Shown: positions 7,517 through 11,653 of the stretch, in pieces
Layout of the letters: the number at the start of each line of letters is the position of its first letter
How positions within the stretch are numbered: the stretch's first letter is position 1
DNA from: Candidatus Thermosaccharophagus tengchongensis
GTDB taxonomy: Bacteria; Armatimonadota; Fervidibacteria; Fervidibacterales; Thermosaccharophagaceae
Assembly: GCA_032161105.1 (NCBI GenBank)
Contig: JAVHTD010000039.1
Length of the DNA: 11,653 nucleotides
Direction: 5' to 3' (one strand)
Program-made: the position numbers and the translations under genes
Notes under the pieces: generated by a model
The model's input: the letters and a program-made list of their open reading frames with translations, nothing else
What the model was told of the DNA's origin: nothing
Database searches by the model: none

Positions 7517-7619
7517 TTTGAGGGCAAGTTGAAACGCCGTTTGGGTCGCACAATTGCAGCCTCACATGTGAGTGCAGCGTGGCAATTGATGCACGGCTTT
7601 GTGGTGAGGTGCTCTGAAC

Positions 7620-10600
7620 ATGTGGCTAACAGAGCTTTCCATAAAGCGCCCTGTGATGGTTGCGATGGCTGTTCTTTCGTTTGTCGTGCTCGGTCTTTGG
7701 GCAATGATGCGCTTGCCGATTGAGCTAATGCCGAGGATTGACTTCCCATTCGTTGTAGTCACAACACTCTATCCGGGAGCAGATCCTGAAGAGGTTGAAT
7801 CGGCGGTGACCGAGAAGATTGAAGAAGCCGTCTCAACGATATCTGGTGTGCGCCATGTAATGTCGTATTCTCAGGAAGGCATCTCAGTCGTGGCTATTCA
7901 ATTTGAGCTCGGCATAAAGAGCAGCGACGCAGCTGCCGATGTGCGCGACAAGATTGGCACGATAAGGGCACAGCTACCCGATGGAATCAAAGAGCCGGTC
8001 ATCAACAAAATTGATGTGCTCGCCTTCCCCGTCATGACCCTCATCGTGAGCGGTAAGCGCTCACTTAGGGAGTTGCGCAAGTTCGCCGAGGATGAAATAG
8101 CGCAGCGCTTGGAGCGTCTGCCGGGTGTTTCAATGGCGCAAGTCTTTGGTGGCGATGTGCGCGAGATACAAGTCAATGTGCATCCTGAGAAGCTCAATGC
8201 ATACAGGTTATCGCTCACTGATGTGGTGCGTGCGCTCGCTGGCGCTCACCTGAATGTTCCGGCTGGGACATTGAGGGGCGAAATGAGGGACTTCGGAATT
8301 CGCCTATCGGGTAAGTTTCAAAGCGTGCAGGAGATAAGGGATGTGCCAATAAGATTTGGAAACAGGGCGATGGGATATGTTGGAACGGTGGTGCGCCTTT
8401 CTGACATTGCCGATATTAAGGACACGACCGCCGATAGGGAAACCGAGATAAGGCTTGATGGGGAGGAGGCAGTCGGCATCTATGTGTTTCGCCATTCCGA
8501 AGCCAACACTGTTGAAGTTGCCGACGCCGTTCGCAATGAGGTTAGGCGCTTAAGCATGGCGCTTCCCAAGGACATTGACCTCATGATCGTTGATGACCAA
8601 TCCGAATTCGTTAGAGATGCCCTGCACGATCTGACCGTTAGCTTATTGCTCGGTGCTTTGCTTGCCATGCTCGTCGTTTTAATCTTCCTGCATGACATCA
8701 AAGGGACAATCATAATCGGGCTTGCCATACCGACATCGCTCATTGCCGCATTCATGCCGATCAACTTCCTCGGTTACACGCTCAACTTCATGGTCATGCT
8801 CGGCTTGGCGCATGCAGTCGGTGCGCTCGTTGACGATTCAATCGTCGTGCTTGAGAACATCTACAGGCACTTGGAGATGGGCGAATTGCCAACTGAGGCG
8901 GCATTCAATGGGCGGACCGAAATTGGCTTTGCGGCAATAGCCATAACGCTCGTTGATGTTGTCGTATTCACGCCGATGATTTACATGGGCGGGATCGTCG
9001 GGCGCTTCTTCAAGCCATTTGCCGTTGCGCATGTTGCCTCGGTCCTCTTCTCGTTGCTTGTCTCCTTCACATTTACGCCGATGCTCGCTTCAAGGTGGTT
9101 TAAACGCTTGACAAGGGAGGAGCTTGAGCGCCAGCCGAGGAATGCGATTGAGCGATTGTTCTCCGGATTTGACGCTGTGTGGGGGAATGTTGAGAGGCTT
9201 TACGGGGCGGGGCTTGAATGGGCATTGCGCAATAGAACTCTGGTGCTGTTTGCCGGCAATGCATCCCTTCTGGCGGTGCTCGGATACATTGCGCCAATGG
9301 ATGTTAGGGTTCGCGGCACATTCATAGCGCTCATCGTGCTTACTGGACTTGTGCTTGCGATTTTCGCGAAGGGGCAGAGGGCTGGTTTGATCGGCTTTGC
9401 TGCTGCATGCGCTGCATCGCTCATGTTCATCCACCTGCCAGCCAAGTTCGGCTTTATACCCACCATGGACATGGGGCGCATATATGCAGTGATTGAGATG
9501 CCACCCGGAACAAGCATGAGCGAGACGAGGAGGGCAGTGGAAACAGTTGAGCGACAGCTGCTCAGCATGCCGGAGGTTAAGCATGTGGTGAGCAACATCG
9601 GCACAACTGGGACTGCAATTCGCGGAGCAGGCGGGTATGGTCACGAATATGCTGCCCTTTACATCGTGCTCACCGATAAGCGCCAAAGGGAGCGCTCGCA
9701 AGCCGAGATTGCACAATGGCTTTCCGGATGGCTCCGTGAACAAATACCGGCGGCACAAATCTCGGTTGAGGAGCAATCCGGCATGGCAAGGAGAGGCTCT
9801 CCAGTGCAAGTTGAGTTGATCGGGCATGATAGGGAGGAGTTAATCAAGCTGGCAGAAGAGGTTGCAGCGCAAATGGAACGAATACCGCTGCTACGAGATG
9901 TAAAGCTCAGTTGGCGTCCCGGCAGACCGGAATATCACTTCCGCATTGACAGGCAAAGGGCTGCCGACTTGGGATTTACAGCATCGGATGTTGCTTGGGT
10001 GCTTCGCACAGCCATTGAGGGCAACACCGACTTGAAATACAAAGAAGGGAACGACGAATACGACATACGAATACGCCTCTCACGGAATTCACTCAACGAC
10101 CACAACAGCCTGCTGCATTTAGTCGTCGGCACAGGGTTTAGAAACCAGCCTGTAAAAGTTGGTGAGGTAGCATACCCTGTCTTGTCATCCGGTCCATCGC
10201 TCCTTGAGCGCAAGGACAGGCAAAACATGGTCTCGGTGAGTGCCAACCTTGTCCCTGGTGCACAGCTTGGCAATGCGCAGCAGGCAATAGCGGCAGCATT
10301 AGCCGACATTGATAAGGGGAGAAACATCGTTAGCTTTGGCGGTGACATTGAACTGATGCGCGAAAATTACGGCTATCTGTTCTCGGCTCTTTTGCTCGCC
10401 ATTGTGCTTGTCTATATGCTTCAGGCTGCACTATTCAACTCCGCCCTCCTACCGCTATCAATCATCCTCGCCCTACCGCAAGCCTTAATTGGCGCTTTGC
10501 TTGCATTGATGCTCACCGGTAAGGGGCTAAGCATAGTGGCGATGATTGGCATAATCATGCTCATGGGCGTTACCGAGAAGAATGCCATCTTGCTCGTTGA

Positions 10601-10919
10601 CTTCACCAACACGCTTCGTGCTCGCGGCTTGAGCATCCGTGAGGCTATAGTGAGGGCTGGTCAAGTCAGGCTTCGTCCAATCGCGATGACAACACTGACG
10701 CTCATCCTCGCACTTATACCGGTTGCACTTGAATTTGGGAAAGCCGGCGAACTGCGCTCTCCGATGGCTATCGCCACAATCGGTGGATTGACACTTTCAT
10801 GGATGCTCACGCTATTTGTTGTGCCAGTTGCCTACACCGTCCTTGAGGAAGCCGCACAACTCATCACGGGCGCATGGCGCAAGCTTGTGAGTATGTTGGT
10901 GGGCGGGCGTGAGCTTTAA
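7620..10919 (+). CDS. AcrB/AcrD/AcrF-family RND efflux permease
   Basis: SIKRPV start, YPGADPEEVE, VDDSIVVLENI (D405/D406), KNAILLVDF (K987), RLRPIAMT (R1017/T1024) and IGGL. GAGGTG RBS upstream. Confidence 0.95.
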   Translation: MWLTELSIKRPVMVAMAVLSFVVLGLWAMMRLPIELMPRIDFPFVVVTTLYPGADPEEVESAVTEKIEEAVSTISGVRHVMSYSQEGISVVAIQFELGIKSSDAAADVRDKIGTIRAQLPDGIKEPVINKIDVLAFPVMTLIVSGKRSLRELRKFAEDEIAQRLERLPGVSMAQVFGGDVREIQVNVHPEKLNAYRLSLTDVVRALAGAHLNVPAGTLRGEMRDFGIRLSGKFQSVQEIRDVPIRFGNRAMGYVGTVVRLSDIADIKDTTADRETEIRLDGEEAVGIYVFRHSEANTVEVADAVRNEVRRLSMALPKDIDLMIVDDQSEFVRDALHDLTVSLLLGALLAMLVVLIFLHDIKGTIIIGLAIPTSLIAAFMPINFLGYTLNFMVMLGLAHAVGALVDDSIVVLENIYRHLEMGELPTEAAFNGRTEIGFAAIAITLVDVVVFTPMIYMGGIVGRFFKPFAVAHVASVLFSLLVSFTFTPMLASRWFKRLTREELERQPRNAIERLFSGFDAVWGNVERLYGAGLEWALRNRTLVLFAGNASLLAVLGYIAPMDVRVRGTFIALIVLTGLVLAIFAKGQRAGLIGFAAACAASLMFIHLPAKFGFIPTMDMGRIYAVIEMPPGTSMSETRRAVETVERQLLSMPEVKHVVSNIGTTGTAIRGAGGYGHEYAALYIVLTDKRQRERSQAEIAQWLSGWLREQIPAAQISVEEQSGMARRGSPVQVELIGHDREELIKLAEEVAAQMERIPLLRDVKLSWRPGRPEYHFRIDRQRAADLGFTASDVAWVLRTAIEGNTDLKYKEGNDEYDIRIRLSRNSLNDHNSLLHLVVGTGFRNQPVKVGEVAYPVLSSGPSLLERKDRQNMVSVSANLVPGAQLGNAQQAIAAALADIDKGRNIVSFGGDIELMRENYGYLFSALLLAIVLVYMLQAALFNSALLPLSIILALPQALIGALLALMLTGKGLSIVAMIGIIMLMGVTEKNAILLVDFTNTLRARGLSIREAIVRAGQVRLRPIAMTTLTLILALIPVALEFGKAGELRSPMAIATIGGLTLSWMLTLFVVPVAYTVLEEAAQLITGAWRKLVSMLVGGREL

Positions 10920-11035
10920 AAATGTTTGCAAATGGACTGCCGCATGCCTTACAGAATGGCGTCAACTGCATCTTACTGAGTCAATGGCTGAGCCGTTTGA
11001 TTTGAGCCGAAGAAAAACTGTGCATAGTGTGAGAG

Positions 11036-11362
11036 GTGGCATTTATGGCTTCGGGCGAAGGTATGGAGGAACGCCAGAAGCTACTCATAATCGTTTACGA
11101 CCGCGCAATTGAAGAGGACATGATGAGCACTGTGGAACAAGTTGGCATCAGTGGCTACACAAAATTTTTCAATGCTCACGGTCTTGGCGGGAGAGGGCTT
11201 AAACTCGGCAACCCGGTTTTCCCCGGACTAAACAACATGCTCCTAATCCAACTGAATGAGAGCAAGGTCAACGAACTCGTTGATGCAATCAGAAAGATGC
11301 AAGCTCAATATGTCCTCAAGCCCGGAATCACAATTTGGTGCCTCGATGTGCAAGTGCTTTGA
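11036..11362 (+). CDS. PII-like (GlnB-fold) transporter-associated protein, PG0541-type
   Basis: KLLIIVYD...GISGYT...HGLGGRG...LGNPVFPGLNNMLLI...ELVDAIRK follows the PII-like pattern, and the gene lies directly after the RND gene. The real start is probably ATG 11045 (GAGAGG 8 nt upstream) or 11063. Confidence 0.8.
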   Translation: MAFMASGEGMEERQKLLIIVYDRAIEEDMMSTVEQVGISGYTKFFNAHGLGGRGLKLGNPVFPGLNNMLLIQLNESKVNELVDAIRKMQAQYVLKPGITIWCLDVQVL

Positions 11363-11418
11363 ATGTCGCATGGCATTGGTTGGATGGTTAAAGTGTTGCA
11401 TATCAGCACCTTCAAAGT

Positions 11419-11653
11419 TAGGACTTACTCAGTTGGGATGAGTTCATAGAAAGGCTTAGCCAGATAGGTTTGTATGGCACCAAGGGTGTATGGTGGCTTC
11501 CTTTTGCATGGTCTTAGATGTTGGTTGCGATGATAGCATCGTCAAAGCCAAAAGGCTATGGCGCAATAAGTTTAATGTGGATTTGCAAAACTATGGTTTG
11601 AATGGGAGGGCTTTGAGAGTTGCATTATGTGATGGTTAAGGAGTGAGAAGCAG
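11419..11653 (-). mobile_element. Degenerate 3' end of an IS701-family element, including terminal IR and transposase C-terminal remnant
   Basis: TAGGACTTACTCAGTTG at 11419-11435 is an IS701-type end. The minus frame ending at TAA 11427-11425 reads ...AIQTYLAKPFYELIPTE*, like the AIRxYLAxPxYxLxPTA* terminus of these transposases, with the stop inside the IR. There is an in-frame stop at 11544-11542. Confidence 0.75.
11503..11653 (-). repeat. Right copy of the >=151-bp inverted repeat
   Basis: 150/151 identical to the reverse complement of 219-369; truncated by the window end. Confidence 0.95.

Noticed and set aside
3913..7594. GATGCAC in three consecutive intergenic spacers (3913, 5372, 7588)
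   Set aside because: It also occurs inside coding regions (e.g. 5208, 5575), and TGCA words are frequent throughout the window, so it cannot be distinguished from background.
9090..9827. 245-aa antisense ORF and the other antisense or out-of-frame ORFs inside the large genes
   Set aside because: They lie wholly within well-supported CDSs and have no recognisable domains; they are typical shadow ORFs.
7620..10919. CusA/CzcA heavy-metal RND assignment
   Set aside because: The TM4 DD and TM10 KN motifs and the overall pattern fit AcrB-like HAE-type pumps. No clear CusA/CzcA signature is seen, and the substrate cannot be called.
11508..11639. 43-aa ORF (MVLDVGCDDSIVKAKRLW...) present in both copies of the long repeat
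   Set aside because: It has no RBS and is antisense to the decayed transposase. Its presence in both copies simply reflects their DNA identity.

Overview
A bacterial (diderm-type) locus with two divergent units. On the minus strand, plsC (lysophospholipid acyltransferase) is coupled to a secreted CBM11/CIA30-like + GH39-like (clan GH-A) protein. On the plus strand is an apparent five-gene operon: solo AbrB/MazE-type regulator, TolC-family outer membrane factor, an unusually long (690 aa) membrane-fusion protein, an AcrB-family RND permease with an extra hydrophobic insertion and unusual polar TM residues, and a PII-like (PG0541-type) protein. Both edges are AT-richer mobile-element debris. 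A >=151-bp inverted repeat (219-369 vs 11503-11653, 150/151 identical) that looks IS701-derived brackets the coding block. The left side also holds a ~400-bp IS701-type IR-bounded remnant carrying a transposase N-terminal stub and two GTAG-type REP doublets. All family calls come from motif recognition by eye; no searches were run.
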